Below are positions 50,568 to 60,549 of a DNA stretch of 64,000 nt, one piece after another. The DNA lies in NCBI GenBank assembly GCA_963727485.1, contig CAVSGM010000001.1, positions 352,001-416,000 of the forward strand. The letters are read 5' to 3'. The translations under genes were made by a program, and so were the position numbers. Under the pieces are notes generated by a model. The model saw only the letters and a program-made list of their open reading frames with translations. It was not told the origin of the DNA and made no database searches. Positions within the stretch are counted from its first letter, which is position 1; each line of letters starts with the position of its first letter. The DNA is from an uncultured delta proteobacterium (lineage in GTDB: Bacteria > Myxococcota > Myxococcia > SLRQ01).

Positions 50568-52109
50568 TCATGCCCCGCCGTCGACCTCGGCACCGTGGAC
50601 CCGCCGCCCCCGGTACCAGGTCTCGAGCACCGGGACGTCCTTGATCCGCTCCCGGGCCACCGTCAGGGGGTCGCCCCCGAGGACGGCGAAGCTGGCGTCC
50701 TTCCCGGGGCTGATGGACCCGTGGCGCCCCTCGTTGAACCCGGCGTAGGCGGCGTCGAGGGTCATCATCCGCAGCGCCTGCTCCGCCGACACCCGCTGCT
50801 CCGGGTTCGGGTGGTTCACCGCCGCGTGCATCCCCAGCATCGGGTCCGGCGGAGTCACGTTGGTGTCCGAGCCCCCGGCGATGACGATCCCGGCGTCGAG
50901 GATCTTCGCCAGGCGGTTGGACTGGTGCCACCGATCCCCGAGGCGGCTGGCGTACATCCCGTCGGGGCCGCCCCAGAAGTACTCGAAGGCCGGCTGCATC
51001 CCCACCACCACCCCCAGGTCGGCGGCGCGCTGGATCTGGAGGTCGGTGGCGAGCTCGAAGTGCTCGATGCGGTGCCGGTGGTCGAAGCGGGGGTGCCGGT
51101 CCAGGGCCCGCTCGTAGGCGTCGAGGACCAGCTCGATGGCCCTGGGCCCGATGGCGTGGAAGGAGAGCTGGCACCCGGCGACGTGGGCCTCCTCCACGAA
51201 GGCGTTGAGCTCCCGGGCGTGCTCGTAGAGGTGGCCCTTGAGGTTGGGCTGGCCCTCGTAGGGCACGTCGAGGGCGGCGGTGTAGGACCCGATGGATCCG
51301 TCGATGAGGATGCAGCCGCCCAGGTGCCGGAAGCCCATGCGGTCGGAGAGGTAGACGTTCTTCTCCTGGAGGAAGAGGGTGACGTCGAGGGGGACCGACG
51401 CGGCCTTCTTCAGCACCACCTGCACCCCCTCGTCGCCGAAGACGCGCCCGCCCTCGAGGGCGTGGACCGCGGTGACCCCGTGGGGGATGCAGGCGGCGGC
51501 CGCGGCCTTCACCGCCTTCTCCTTCATGTCGATGGAGTAGAGGCGGGCCACCCGGGCCTTGGCGTGGAAGTAGGCCTCGGCCCGGAGGATGCCGTTGGGC
51601 TGTCCGCCGCTGTCGGTGACCAGCCCCGGGGTCCCGGCGGGGATCTCCAGGCGGCGCAGGGCGGCGCTGTTGACCACCGACGAGTGGTAGTCGATGCGGT
51701 TCACCCACACCGGCCGGTCCTTGAACATGGCGTCGAGGTCGTGCCGGGTCATCTCCCGGCCCTCGGCCAGGGCGTCCTCCTCGAACCCGTGGGCGAAGAT
51801 CCAGGTCCGCACCCCCGGCGGCAGCCCGGTCTTGAGGCGGTCGTCGACCTCCGAGAGGCTGGCGACCCCGGTGAGGTCGATCTGGAGGGCGTCGATCCCG
51901 GTCTGGAAGAAGTGGGCGTGGCTGTCGACGAAGCCCGGGACCACCACCTTCCCCCCGAGATCCACGGTGCGCTGCACCGGGGGCGGTGGCCCCTCGCCGA
52001 CCCGCTGGAAGCGGTCGCCGAGGACCAGGAACCACTCGGCCCGGGGGCGCCGCTCGTCGAGGGTGTGGATCGTCGCGTTGTGGAAGAGGACCAGCCGCCG
52101 CTCGGCCAC
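50568..52109 (-). CDS. YtcJ-like amidohydrolase (Amidohydro_3)
   Basis: PGFVDSHAH, DGSIGS.TA, FHAIG, RHRIEH, GGSD. Confidence 0.92.
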   Translation of the reverse strand: MAERRLVLFHNATIHTLDERRPRAEWFLVLGDRFQRVGEGPPPPVQRTVDLGGKVVVPGFVDSHAHFFQTGIDALQIDLTGVASLSEVDDRLKTGLPPGVRTWIFAHGFEEDALAEGREMTRHDLDAMFKDRPVWVNRIDYHSSVVNSAALRRLEIPAGTPGLVTDSGGQPNGILRAEAYFHAKARVARLYSIDMKEKAVKAAAAACIPHGVTAVHALEGGRVFGDEGVQVVLKKAASVPLDVTLFLQEKNVYLSDRMGFRHLGGCILIDGSIGSYTAALDVPYEGQPNLKGHLYEHARELNAFVEEAHVAGCQLSFHAIGPRAIELVLDAYERALDRHPRFDHRHRIEHFELATDLQIQRAADLGVVVGMQPAFEYFWGGPDGMYASRLGDRWHQSNRLAKILDAGIVIAGGSDTNVTPPDPMLGMHAAVNHPNPEQRVSAEQALRMMTLDAAYAGFNEGRHGSISPGKDASFAVLGGDPLTVARERIKDVPVLETWYRGRRVHGAEVDGGA

Positions 52110-52130
52110 CCTGTGCCTCCTAGTGGTGCG

Positions 52131-53213
52131 CTACAGGCGCTTCACCCAGATGTTCATGTCCTCGTACTCGCCGTAGATGTCGCAGTTGTTCACCAGCCGG
52201 CCGCTGAACTCGTAGCCCAACCGGTGGAACACGCGGTTCATGCCGCCGCTCTGGGCCCGCGCCAGGGTGTAGCCGGTCATGATCCCGCGCTCCCGCAGGT
52301 CGTCCTCGAGGTTCAGGAGGATATGGTACATCAGCCCCTTGCCCCGCTCCGAGGGCTTGGTGGCGCAGTCGGTCATCTCGGCGTTGGAGTGCTTCGTGTC
52401 GATCTCGGCGCTGGCGGCGCTGACCACCTGCCCCTTCTCGTTCTTCACCGCCCGGTAGACCACGTTGCGCTCCATGGTCTGGAGGATGTAGTCCGGGTGG
52501 GTCAGGGGGCTGGGGTAGGTCTTGAACACCCGGCGGTAGAGGGCGACGAGGCCGGGGATGTCCTCGGGGCGGGCGAGGCCCATGGTGTAGCCGGCGGGGA
52601 GCGACGAGGGGGTGTACTCCCGGGAGCCCTTCATCAGGGTCTCGATGAGGTTGCTCTCCTCGATGAGGTGGGGGCTGGTGATCCGCGCCACCGAGCGGAA
52701 CTTGCTGATCACGTAGGCGTCCTCGCCGTGGAAGTAGTAGCGGAGGATGCCCTCGAGCATGTAGCCGAAGCCCAGGAAGCGCTGCCAGTCGTCCTTGTTG
52801 GCCTTGATGAAGACCTTGTCGAAGCCGTTGGCCTCGGCCAGCCACTCGAGGCGGGCGGCCAGCGCCCGGTGGTCGGTGGCCTCGTAGTCGAGGACCTTGA
52901 GGCGGCGGCTGTAGTAGTCGAAGAAGATCCGCACCTGGTAGCCGTCGCCCTCGACCTCGAAGTCGAGGCCGTAGAGCTGGCCCACCACCGTGGTCTTCAC
53001 GCCCTTGTCGAGGGTGAGGCGGATGAGGCCCATGCGCTTGTCGGTGGGCTTGACCGAGGCCCACTCGCCCACCGGGGCCTCGGGGGCGCCGGCCTTCGGC
53101 GCCGGGATCGCGGCCTTGGCCGGGGACGCGGGGGACGCGACGGCGTCCTTCTTCTTGGGGGGGCGCTTCACCTTGGCGGTCTTCTCGCCCGAGGCGGCGT
53201 TGGGGGTGGTCAT
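52131..53213 (-). CDS. ablB: Putative beta-lysine N-acetyltransferase (AblB/YodP-like)
   Basis: KVFIK, GYMLEG, VFKTYPSP, NAEMTDCAT, RGKGLM, TLARA, GRLVNNCDI.G..EDMNIW.K. Confidence 0.85.
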   Translation of the reverse strand: MTTPNAASGEKTAKVKRPPKKKDAVASPASPAKAAIPAPKAGAPEAPVGEWASVKPTDKRMGLIRLTLDKGVKTTVVGQLYGLDFEVEGDGYQVRIFFDYYSRRLKVLDYEATDHRALAARLEWLAEANGFDKVFIKANKDDWQRFLGFGYMLEGILRYYFHGEDAYVISKFRSVARITSPHLIEESNLIETLMKGSREYTPSSLPAGYTMGLARPEDIPGLVALYRRVFKTYPSPLTHPDYILQTMERNVVYRAVKNEKGQVVSAASAEIDTKHSNAEMTDCATKPSERGKGLMYHILLNLEDDLRERGIMTGYTLARAQSGGMNRVFHRLGYEFSGRLVNNCDIYGEYEDMNIWVKRL

Positions 53214-53683
53214 GGGGACTCCGTGGCTGGGGGCGGCGTCTCGAGCATCTCCACGAGACGAAGGAGCGCACCGTCGAGGGCCGCCCGCTCCTCGGGGGGC
53301 AGGGCGGCGAGGCGCGCGAGGAGCCGGGCTTCGAGGGGCAGGGGCGTGGCCCCCGCGAGGTTCAGCCCGGCGTCGGTGAGGGTGACGTTGACCCGGCGCC
53401 GATCCACGGCGTCGCGGGTGCGGGTGACGAGGCCGCGGGCCTCGAGGCGGTCGACGATGCCGGTGACCGTGGCCTGGGTGGAGGCCATCTCCCGGGCGAG
53501 GGCCCCGGGGGTGAGGGGCCGGCGGATCAGCGCCCGGAGACACAGGGCCTGGGCGGGGCTCAGGCGGTCCACCGCCCGGGAGAGGCGGCGGAGCTCCCGG
53601 AGGATGCGCGCCTCGCAGGTCAGCTCGGGGGCCGGGTCCGGCGCCGGCGTCGCGGCCGGGTCTGGGATCGGGGTCGTGGACAT
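53210..53683 (-). CDS. MarR family regulator (EctR/CosR-like)
   Basis: RILRELRRLSRAVD, QATVTGIVDRLE.RGLV.R.R...DRR. Confidence 0.88.
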   Translation of the reverse strand: MSTTPIPDPAATPAPDPAPELTCEARILRELRRLSRAVDRLSPAQALCLRALIRRPLTPGALAREMASTQATVTGIVDRLEARGLVTRTRDAVDRRRVNVTLTDAGLNLAGATPLPLEARLLARLAALPPEERAALDGALLRLVEMLETPPPATESP

Positions 53684-53691
53684 CGTTAGGA

Positions 53692-53726
53692 CGCGAATAT
53701 TTAGCTTCCAAAGTATTTTCGCGCAA
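53692..53726. promoter_or_regulatory. AT-rich pseudopalindromic operator/promoter for the MarR operon
   Basis: TATTTAGC-TT-CCAAAGTA (53698-53715) overlapping minus-strand TTGCGC-17-TAAATA. Confidence 0.55.
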
Positions 53727-53749
53727 CCCCCCTGTCTCCACCCGGTGCG

Positions 53750-54628
53750 CTAAGCCTGCGCCCGAGGGGCCTCCAGGGGTGCAGGGCGGTCGCCCTTCGG
53801 CGCCGGGGGACGGGGGCGTTTCCCCGCCCAGGGCGGCTCGAAGGCCGCGGGATCGGCGCAGTACGCGGTGATGGCCCGGGCGAGGCGGGCGGCGTGGAAG
53901 CCGTCGAGGTAGCGGTGGTCGAGGCTGGCGGCGAGCGGCAGGATCGGCCGGGCGACGATGGCGTTGCCCAGGACCACCGGCCGGCGCCGGACCTCGCCCA
54001 CCAGGATCAGCAGCGGCACCCGGTAGAGCGGCGAGAGGGGCGCGTAGGCGTGGGTGATCCCGAACATCCCCACGCTCGAGACCATGGCGCTCCCGAAGGG
54101 CCGGCGGGGCAGCCCGAGGAAGCCCAGGTCGAGCTCGAGGTCGCCGGCGAGCCAGGCCAGGAGGCGGAGCACCGGCTTGAGCAGGAAGCGCGGGAGCCGG
54201 TCCATGGTGCCCTTGGAGCGCCCGAACTCCGGGTCCCCGCCGGTGTGGATGCGCTCGGTGCGCTCGGCGAGCTCGGTGGCGATGGTCGCCACCGGCTTCC
54301 CGTCGGCGGACACCACCTTCACGCCGGACAGGTCCACGCCCCCGCCGGTGGAGACGATGAAGAAGATGTCCACCGTCCGGTTCTGGACGAAGCGCCCGAG
54401 GCGCAGGTGGCCGTTCAGGTCCGGGTGCTCGGCGAAGGCGTGGGCCATGGCCTTGCCCACCAGGTGGGTGAGGGTGAGGTGGACCCCGTGGGCCCGGGCG
54501 TCCTCGATGAAGGCGAGCATCGCGGTGGCGTCGACCTCGAGGTCGCCGAAGATCTGTGGGTCCGGCGGCTGGCCCCAGGTGGAGACCGAGACCTTGCGCC
54601 AGCCCCGGATGGCGAGGCTGCGGGACAT
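53750..54628 (-). CDS. 2-oxoacid dehydrogenase E2 catalytic-domain-only acyltransferase
   Basis: FGSAMVSSVG, DHRYLDG; no lipoyl or E3-binding domain. Confidence 0.85.
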   Translation of the reverse strand: MSRSLAIRGWRKVSVSTWGQPPDPQIFGDLEVDATAMLAFIEDARAHGVHLTLTHLVGKAMAHAFAEHPDLNGHLRLGRFVQNRTVDIFFIVSTGGGVDLSGVKVVSADGKPVATIATELAERTERIHTGGDPEFGRSKGTMDRLPRFLLKPVLRLLAWLAGDLELDLGFLGLPRRPFGSAMVSSVGMFGITHAYAPLSPLYRVPLLILVGEVRRRPVVLGNAIVARPILPLAASLDHRYLDGFHAARLARAITAYCADPAAFEPPWAGKRPRPPAPKGDRPAPLEAPRAQA

Positions 54629-54736
54629 GACGCCCGATCCAACAGCATCAGGCGTGCCGGCGCCGCCTTGCCCCCCGGCGGGCCCGGGAGCACCCTGCCC
54701 CCCATCGCCGCCGCGCCGGCGGTCGGGAGAGCCCCC

Positions 54737-55384
54737 ATGCACCGCGTCCTCGAGCCCGAGCTGATGGACGACGAGGCCCAGTGCGAGGCCTACGCCGCCG
54801 CCGACTTCGCCGCCTCCAACCAGGCCTTCGTCGACCGCCTCCTCGGCGCCTTCCCCGCGCTCGCCGGCCGGGTCCTGGATCTCGGCTGCGGCCCCGCGGA
54901 CATCCCCAGGCGCCTGCTTTTCGCCCGCCCGGGGCTCCAGGTCACCGCCGTGGACGCCTCGGGGCCCATGCTCGCCCTCGGCCGAGCGGCGCTGGCCGCC
55001 GACGGGGTCGAAGGCCGCGCCACCCTGGTGGAGGCCAGGCTCCCGGCGCCCGGGATCCCCGGGGCCCCCTTCGACGCGGTGCTGTCCAACAGCCTCCTCC
55101 ACCACCTCCCGGACCCGGCGGTGCTCTGGTCCGAGGTGCGCCGCCTCGGCCGCCCCGGGGCGCCGGTCTTCGTCGCCGACCTCCGGCGCCCCGGCACCGA
55201 CGCCGAGGTCCGCCGGCTCGTCGCCACCTACGCCGCGGGCGACCCCGAGGTCCTCCGCCGGGACTTCGAGGCCTCGCTCCGGGCGGCGTTCACCGTGGAC
55301 GAGGTCCGGGCCCAGGTGGCGGGCACCGGCCTGACGGTCGAGCCCATCGGCGACCGCTACCTCCAGGTCACCGGAAGGCGCTGA
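54737..55384 (+). CDS. Class I SAM-dependent methyltransferase
   Basis: EPELMDD, VLDLGCGP, VDAS..ML, SNSLLHHL. Confidence 0.9.
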   Translation: MHRVLEPELMDDEAQCEAYAAADFAASNQAFVDRLLGAFPALAGRVLDLGCGPADIPRRLLFARPGLQVTAVDASGPMLALGRAALAADGVEGRATLVEARLPAPGIPGAPFDAVLSNSLLHHLPDPAVLWSEVRRLGRPGAPVFVADLRRPGTDAEVRRLVATYAAGDPEVLRRDFEASLRAAFTVDEVRAQVAGTGLTVEPIGDRYLQVTGRR

Positions 55385-55394
55385 CCGCCCCGCG

Positions 55395-56825
55395 TCAGTT
55401 GCAGGCGTTCGCCGGGGTGCAGCGGGAGCCCTGGATCCCCTGCTCGTTGTGCACGTAGCGGCACACCCAGCCGCCCGTGCAGCCGGTGCCGCCGGCGGGG
55501 TCGGAGCACAGGTCCCCGCACTCGGCGGTGGGCATCCGCACGAAGCCCTGGGGACACTGGACCTCGGCCACGCACCAGCTCGGCCCGCAGGTCCAGTTGT
55601 GGTTCGGGGGGTTGCCGCAGTCGCCGCTGGCGGTGCAGCTCGCCCCCTGGGCGAGGCAGAGGCACTGCTCGTAGGTGGGGCTCGAGGCCGAGGTGTCGCA
55701 GTGGAGGTTCGGCGCCGGACAGTCGCCGTCGCTCCGGCACTGGACGCACTGGCCCTGGCCGTTGTTGGCGAGCAGGTCGCAGACGGGGTCGCTCTTGGGG
55801 CAGGTCGCCGACCCGTTGCACCCGGCGACGCAGTGGCCGGTGGGATCGCAGATCTGCCCCAGGGCGCAGTCGGGCTGGCCGAGGCACTGGACGCACTGGC
55901 CGAAGCTCCCCCGGCCCTCGTCGCACTTGGTGTTCACCGTGTCGCCGGGGGGCGGGCACCTCGCGTTGTCGTGGGCGGCGTCGGCGCACCCGGCCACGCA
56001 GGTGTGGCCCGAGGGGTCGCAGACCTGGCCCTGGTTGCAGGTGGTGTCGTCGAGGCAGTCGACGCAGGTGTTGCTGGACAGGTCGCAGACCTGGGTCCCG
56101 CACTGGCCGTCCCGGACGCACTGCACGCACAGCTGGGTGCTCGGGTCGCACACCGGCTGGCCGGGGCTGGTGCAGTCCTGGGCCTCGGTGGTCACGGTGC
56201 ACTGGACGCAGCGGCCGGGGTCGGTGCCCGGGCGGTCGCAGTGGGTGGAGATGTCGCAGTCCGAGTCGTTGAGGCACCCGGGCTGGCAGGTGTTGGGGTT
56301 CGAGACGCCGGCGGCGAGGGCGCAGTAGTTCCCGGCGCTGCACTGGCCGGCGACGGTGCAGGCGACGCACTGGCCGGTGGCCTGGTTGCAGTGGAGCCGG
56401 GTGGGGTCGTTGCAGTCGGTGTCGAAGGTGCACTCGGCGCAGTAGCCCAGCGCGTTGTTGCAGACCTCGGGGCTGGCGCAGTCGGCGTTGGTGACGCAGC
56501 TCTCCACGCAGAGCTGGGTGTTCGGGTCGCAGGTGAACCCGCCGCCGCAGTCCGAGCTCGACTGGCAGCGCTGCTGACCCGAGGCCACGCAGCTACCGTC
56601 CTTGCCGCAGAACTGGTGGGCCGGGCAGGTCCCGGCGGTGCACCCGCCCCCGGTCTGCTTGGGGGCGCACACGCCCTGGGTGCAGGTGTAGGTCGAGGGG
56701 CAGTCCTTGGACGAGGCGCAGGCGACGCCGGCGTCGGTGCCGCCGGAGGTGCCGGTGCCCGAGGCGCAGGCGACGGGGAGGAGCACCAGGGCGAGGGGCC
56801 AGAGGGGCAGGAGGCGGCGGATCAT
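55395..56825 (-). CDS. Cys-rich repeat lipoprotein
   Basis: Lipobox PVAC; repeated CVQC....C units. Confidence 0.88.
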   Translation of the reverse strand: MIRRLLPLWPLALVLLPVACASGTGTSGGTDAGVACASSKDCPSTYTCTQGVCAPKQTGGGCTAGTCPAHQFCGKDGSCVASGQQRCQSSSDCGGGFTCDPNTQLCVESCVTNADCASPEVCNNALGYCAECTFDTDCNDPTRLHCNQATGQCVACTVAGQCSAGNYCALAAGVSNPNTCQPGCLNDSDCDISTHCDRPGTDPGRCVQCTVTTEAQDCTSPGQPVCDPSTQLCVQCVRDGQCGTQVCDLSSNTCVDCLDDTTCNQGQVCDPSGHTCVAGCADAAHDNARCPPPGDTVNTKCDEGRGSFGQCVQCLGQPDCALGQICDPTGHCVAGCNGSATCPKSDPVCDLLANNGQGQCVQCRSDGDCPAPNLHCDTSASSPTYEQCLCLAQGASCTASGDCGNPPNHNWTCGPSWCVAEVQCPQGFVRMPTAECGDLCSDPAGGTGCTGGWVCRYVHNEQGIQGSRCTPANACN

Positions 56826-56908
56826 CCCCCCGAGGCTACCACGCCTGGGGGCCCCCCGGGAGGCGCCGCGGCTTGTCTTCCTGGGGTCCGGTGACGCATA
56901 AGGGCCCC

Positions 56909-58049
56909 ATGAAGTCGGCCATCAAGGGCATCGGCGCGCGACACTTCGCCGAGGAGGGGGCGGCGCCCCCCGCCGGGGGCCCGGCGCGCCCGCCGAAGGT
57001 CGACGCCCTCTCGCCGCTGCGCCTGGGGAACCTCGAGATCCCGGGCCGCTTCTTCCTGGCGCCGCTGGCCGGGGTCAGCGACTGGCCCTTCCGGGTGCTC
57101 GCCCGCAAGGAGGGCGCCCCCCTCGCCTACACCGAGATGGTCTCCTCCGAGGGCCTCGCCCGGGGCGGCGTGAGGACCCACAAGTACCTGGAGCGCGGCG
57201 AGGGCGAGTGGCCGTTCGCGGTGCAGATCTTCGGGAGCGATCCGGAGACCATGGGCCGGGCCGCGGCGATGGTGGAGGAGATCGGCGGCGACCTGGTCGA
57301 CGTGAACATGGGCTGCCCGGTGAAGAAGGTCTGCCGGACCGGCTCCGGGGCGGCGCTCCTCCAGGACCCGAAGCAGGTCGAGGCCATCGTGAAGGCCATG
57401 GTCGCGAAGGTCACCATCCCGGTGCAGATCAAGGTGCGCACCGGCTGGGACGCCGACTCGGTGAACGCGGTCGAGGTGGCGAAGGCGGCGGAGCAGGCCG
57501 GGGCCGCGGCCATCGTCATCCACGGCCGCACCCGGGCCCAGGCCTACGAGGGCGTCGCCGACTGGGAGGTCATCGCCCGGGTGAAGCAGGCGTGCGCCCG
57601 CCTCAAGGTGGTGGGCAACGGCGACATCGTCACCGCCGAGGACGCCCTGTGGCGACTCGAGGAGACCGGGGTCGACGCGGTGATGATCGGCCGCGGCGCC
57701 TGCGGCTACCCCTGCGATCTTCCGGGAGATCCGCGCCCTGGCGGCGGGCGAGCCCCTGCCCCCGCCGCCGACCTACGCCGAGTGGCGGGGCCTCATCCGC
57801 GCCCACCTCGACAACCTGGTCACCTACCGCGGCGGCGACACCGGCCGGGCGGTGCGCGAGTTCCGAAAGCACCTGGTGTGGTACAGCCGCGGCCGTCGGG
57901 GGGCGGCGGGCTTCCGCGCCGAGCTCCCGGACCTCACCACCGTCGACGACGTCGAGCGCTGCCTCGACCGGCACTTCCCCGAGGCCGACCACGTGGTCGA
58001 CCGCCGCGCCGAGCTCATCACCGGGCCCCTGTCCCGGGCCTGGGGCTGA
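56909..58049 (+). CDS. dusB: tRNA-dihydrouridine synthase DusB (frameshift at ~57715)
   Basis: LAPLAG, YTEMV, DVNMGCP, IHGRT, GNGDI, VMIGR; removing one C restores GYPWIFREI...RKHLVWY. Confidence 0.9.
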
Positions 58050-58051
58050 CG

Positions 58052-59053
58052 GTGGCCGGGGCCGACGCGGTCCTCGAGGCCCTCCCCGACGGGGTGGTGG
58101 TGGTCGACGCCGAGGGGACGGTGACCCGGGTCAACGCCGCCGCCGAGGACCTCCTGGGCTCGCTCACCGGCCGGGCGCTGGCCCACGCCGGGCCCCCGGG
58201 GGCGGCGCTCGCGGCCCTGGCCACCCGGGCCGCCGGCGGCGATGCCCGGATGACCCTGGGGCTCGCCTCCGGCCCGGTGGAGGTCCGCGCCGCGCCCCTG
58301 GAGGAGGGCGGCCGGGTCCTGGTGCTCCGACCCCCGGGGCGCTTCGCGGGCCTCGCCGAGGACGAGGCCGAGCTCGCCCGGGTCACCGCCCTGGCCGCGG
58401 GCCTCGCCCACGAGATCAAGAACCCCCTGGCCGGCCTCAAGGGCGCCGCCGACCTCCTCGCCCGGGAGGCCGGCGACAGCCCCCTGGCCGACTACGGCAA
58501 GGTCATCGCCCGGGAGGCCGCCCGCCTCGACGACCTGGTGCGCGGGCTCCTCGATCTCGCCCGGCCCAGGCCCCCGGCGAGGCGCCCGGTGGACCTCCAC
58601 GTCCTCCTCGACGAGGTGCTCCTCCTCGCCACCGCCGAGGCCCCGGGGATCACCGTGGTCCGCCGCTACAATCCCTCGCTCCCGGCGCTCCCCGGCGACC
58701 GGGACCAGCTGGTGCAGGTGCTCTTGAACCTCCTCAACAACGCGGTGGAGGCCATGGCCGGCGACCGGGGCACCCTCACCGTCGCCACCGGCCTCGCCCT
58801 GGGCCTCGCCACCGGCAGCGCCGCGACCGGCCGAAGGACCATGGCCCAGGTGGTGGTCGAGGACGAGGGCCCGGGCTTCGCTCCCGAGGTCCTCGACCGG
58901 CCCTTCACCCCGTTTCTCACCACCAAGGCCTCGGGCACCGGCCTCGGCCTCGCCCTCGCCCGGCGCCTCACCGAGGCCCACGGCGGGCTCCTCGAGCTCG
59001 CCCAGCGCCCGGGTGGGGGCGCCCGGGTGCGGGTGCTCCTCCCGGTGGTATAG
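58052..59053 (+). CDS. PAS-domain histidine kinase (NtrB-like)
   Basis: LPDGVVVVD..VNAAAE, AHEIKNPL.G, NLLNNA, DEGPG, GTGLGL. Confidence 0.9.
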   Translation: MAGADAVLEALPDGVVVVDAEGTVTRVNAAAEDLLGSLTGRALAHAGPPGAALAALATRAAGGDARMTLGLASGPVEVRAAPLEEGGRVLVLRPPGRFAGLAEDEAELARVTALAAGLAHEIKNPLAGLKGAADLLAREAGDSPLADYGKVIAREAARLDDLVRGLLDLARPRPPARRPVDLHVLLDEVLLLATAEAPGITVVRRYNPSLPALPGDRDQLVQVLLNLLNNAVEAMAGDRGTLTVATGLALGLATGSAATGRRTMAQVVVEDEGPGFAPEVLDRPFTPFLTTKASGTGLGLALARRLTEAHGGLLELAQRPGGGARVRVLLPVV

Positions 59054-59060
59054 AGGCCCC

Positions 59061-59537
59061 ATGGCTGCGCCCGACCCCGACAATCGCGAGGCCGCCTTCG
59101 AGGCCGCCGGCCGCCTCCTCGCCCACCGGGCCCGGTCGGTGGCCGAGCTCGAGAGCCGCCTCGCCCGGAAGGGCTTCGACGCCGGGACCGTGGCCGCGAC
59201 CCTCGCCCGCCTCGCCGATCTGCGCCTCCTCGACGACGCCGCCTTCGCCCGGGACCGGGCCGCCGGCCTGGCCCGCCGGGGGAGCGGCCCCAGGCTCATC
59301 CGGGCCCGCCTCGCCGCCGCCGGGATCACCGGGGAGGCCGCCCAGGCGGCCCTCGGGGCCGCCCTCGAGGACGGCGAGGACGCCCTGGCCCGGCGGACCC
59401 TGGGCCGGCGCTACGGGGACCTCTCCGAGGCCGACCGGGACACCCGCCGGAAGGCCGCGGCGTACCTGGTGCGCCGGGGCTTCTCCCCTAAGGTGGCCGG
59501 CCGCGTCGCGGGGGTGTTCTCCGACGGGGGGGCGTGA
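59061..59537 (+). CDS. recX: Regulatory protein RecX
   Basis: LLAHRARSVAEL..RL..KGF, LDDAAFA, GPRLIR..L...GI, YLVRRGF. Confidence 0.88.
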   Translation: MAAPDPDNREAAFEAAGRLLAHRARSVAELESRLARKGFDAGTVAATLARLADLRLLDDAAFARDRAAGLARRGSGPRLIRARLAAAGITGEAAQAALGAALEDGEDALARRTLGRRYGDLSEADRDTRRKAAAYLVRRGFSPKVAGRVAGVFSDGGA

Positions 59538-59628
59538 TCCCCGACGGGGGGTGCAATCCCCGCCCGGGCGCCGGGCCCCCACTCGACGGGCGGCGAATGA
59601 AGTGCTAACCGTCCCGGTTCCCATGACC

Positions 59629-60549
59629 ATGAAGCGCCAGAGCCTCGTCTTCGTCGTAGCCGCCGCCCTGGCCGGCCCCGGGTGTGCCACCATCCACTGG
59701 CGGGGTGCCCAGCCCAAGGCGGGCACCCACACCTACCGGGACAAGGCCCACAACGCCTACCAGGACGCCATGAACGCCATGGACGCCCACGACTGGAAGG
59801 TGGCCCTGGACCGGCTGCGGAACGTCAAGGACCACTTCCCCTACTCCAAGTACGCGGCGCTGGCCGAGGTGCGCATCGGCGACGCCTTCTACGGCCAGGA
59901 CAAGTACCTGGAGGCCGCGGACGCCTACGCGCGCTTCGCCAAGGTCCGCCCGGGCAACCCCGAGGCCCCCTACGCCGCCTACCGCACCGGCGTGGCCTAC
60001 ATGCGCCAGGCGCCGTCGACCTTCTTCCTCTTCCCGCCGGCCTACGAGAAGGACCTCTCCGACGTGAGGAAGGCCATCGCGGCCCTCGAGGGCTTCCTCG
60101 ACACCTACCCCAGCAGCAAGTTCCGCCCGAAGGCCCAGAAGCTCCTCCAGACCGCCCGGGACCGGCTCATCGACCACGAGATGTACGTGGCCGACTTCTA
60201 CCGCCGGCACCACAAGTGGCGTGGGATGGCCTGGCGCCTCCAGGGGGTGCTGGCGAAGTACCCGGGGAAGGGCTACGACGCCCGGGCCAAGGTCGGCCTC
60301 GCCGACGCCTACCTCCACTACGACGAGCCCCGGGTCGCCGACGCCCGCAAGCTCCTGGCCGAGGTGCTCAAGGGGCACCCGTCGGCGGCGGTGAAGGCCC
60401 GGGCCGAGTCCCTGGAGAAGGACCTGGCCCAGGTGAAGACCGCCGCGCCCAAGGCCAAGGCCGCCGCCGCGCCCAAGGCCGCCAGCGCTGGCGACGCCCA
60501 CGGCGCCCCCTCGGCGCCCACCGCCGCGACCGGCGCCGGCGGCTCGTGA
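59629..60549 (+). CDS. bamD: Outer-membrane assembly factor BamD
   Basis: Lipobox GPGC; FPYSKYA, HEMYVADFY; TPR pattern. Confidence 0.9.
   Translation: MKRQSLVFVVAAALAGPGCATIHWRGAQPKAGTHTYRDKAHNAYQDAMNAMDAHDWKVALDRLRNVKDHFPYSKYAALAEVRIGDAFYGQDKYLEAADAYARFAKVRPGNPEAPYAAYRTGVAYMRQAPSTFFLFPPAYEKDLSDVRKAIAALEGFLDTYPSSKFRPKAQKLLQTARDRLIDHEMYVADFYRRHHKWRGMAWRLQGVLAKYPGKGYDARAKVGLADAYLHYDEPRVADARKLLAEVLKGHPSAAVKARAESLEKDLAQVKTAAPKAKAAAAPKAASAGDAHGAPSAPTAATGAGGS

Noticed and set aside
56873..59053. Apparent 726-aa DusB-histidine kinase fusion ORF
   Set aside because: One extra C at ~57715 breaks the conserved PWIF motif; the true DusB C-terminus and stop are in another frame
59521..59562. Two imperfect ~20-bp direct repeats (CCGACGGGGGG...ATCCC) between recX and bamD
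   Set aside because: Only two copies, G-run rich and overlapping the recX end; could be chance or a local artefact
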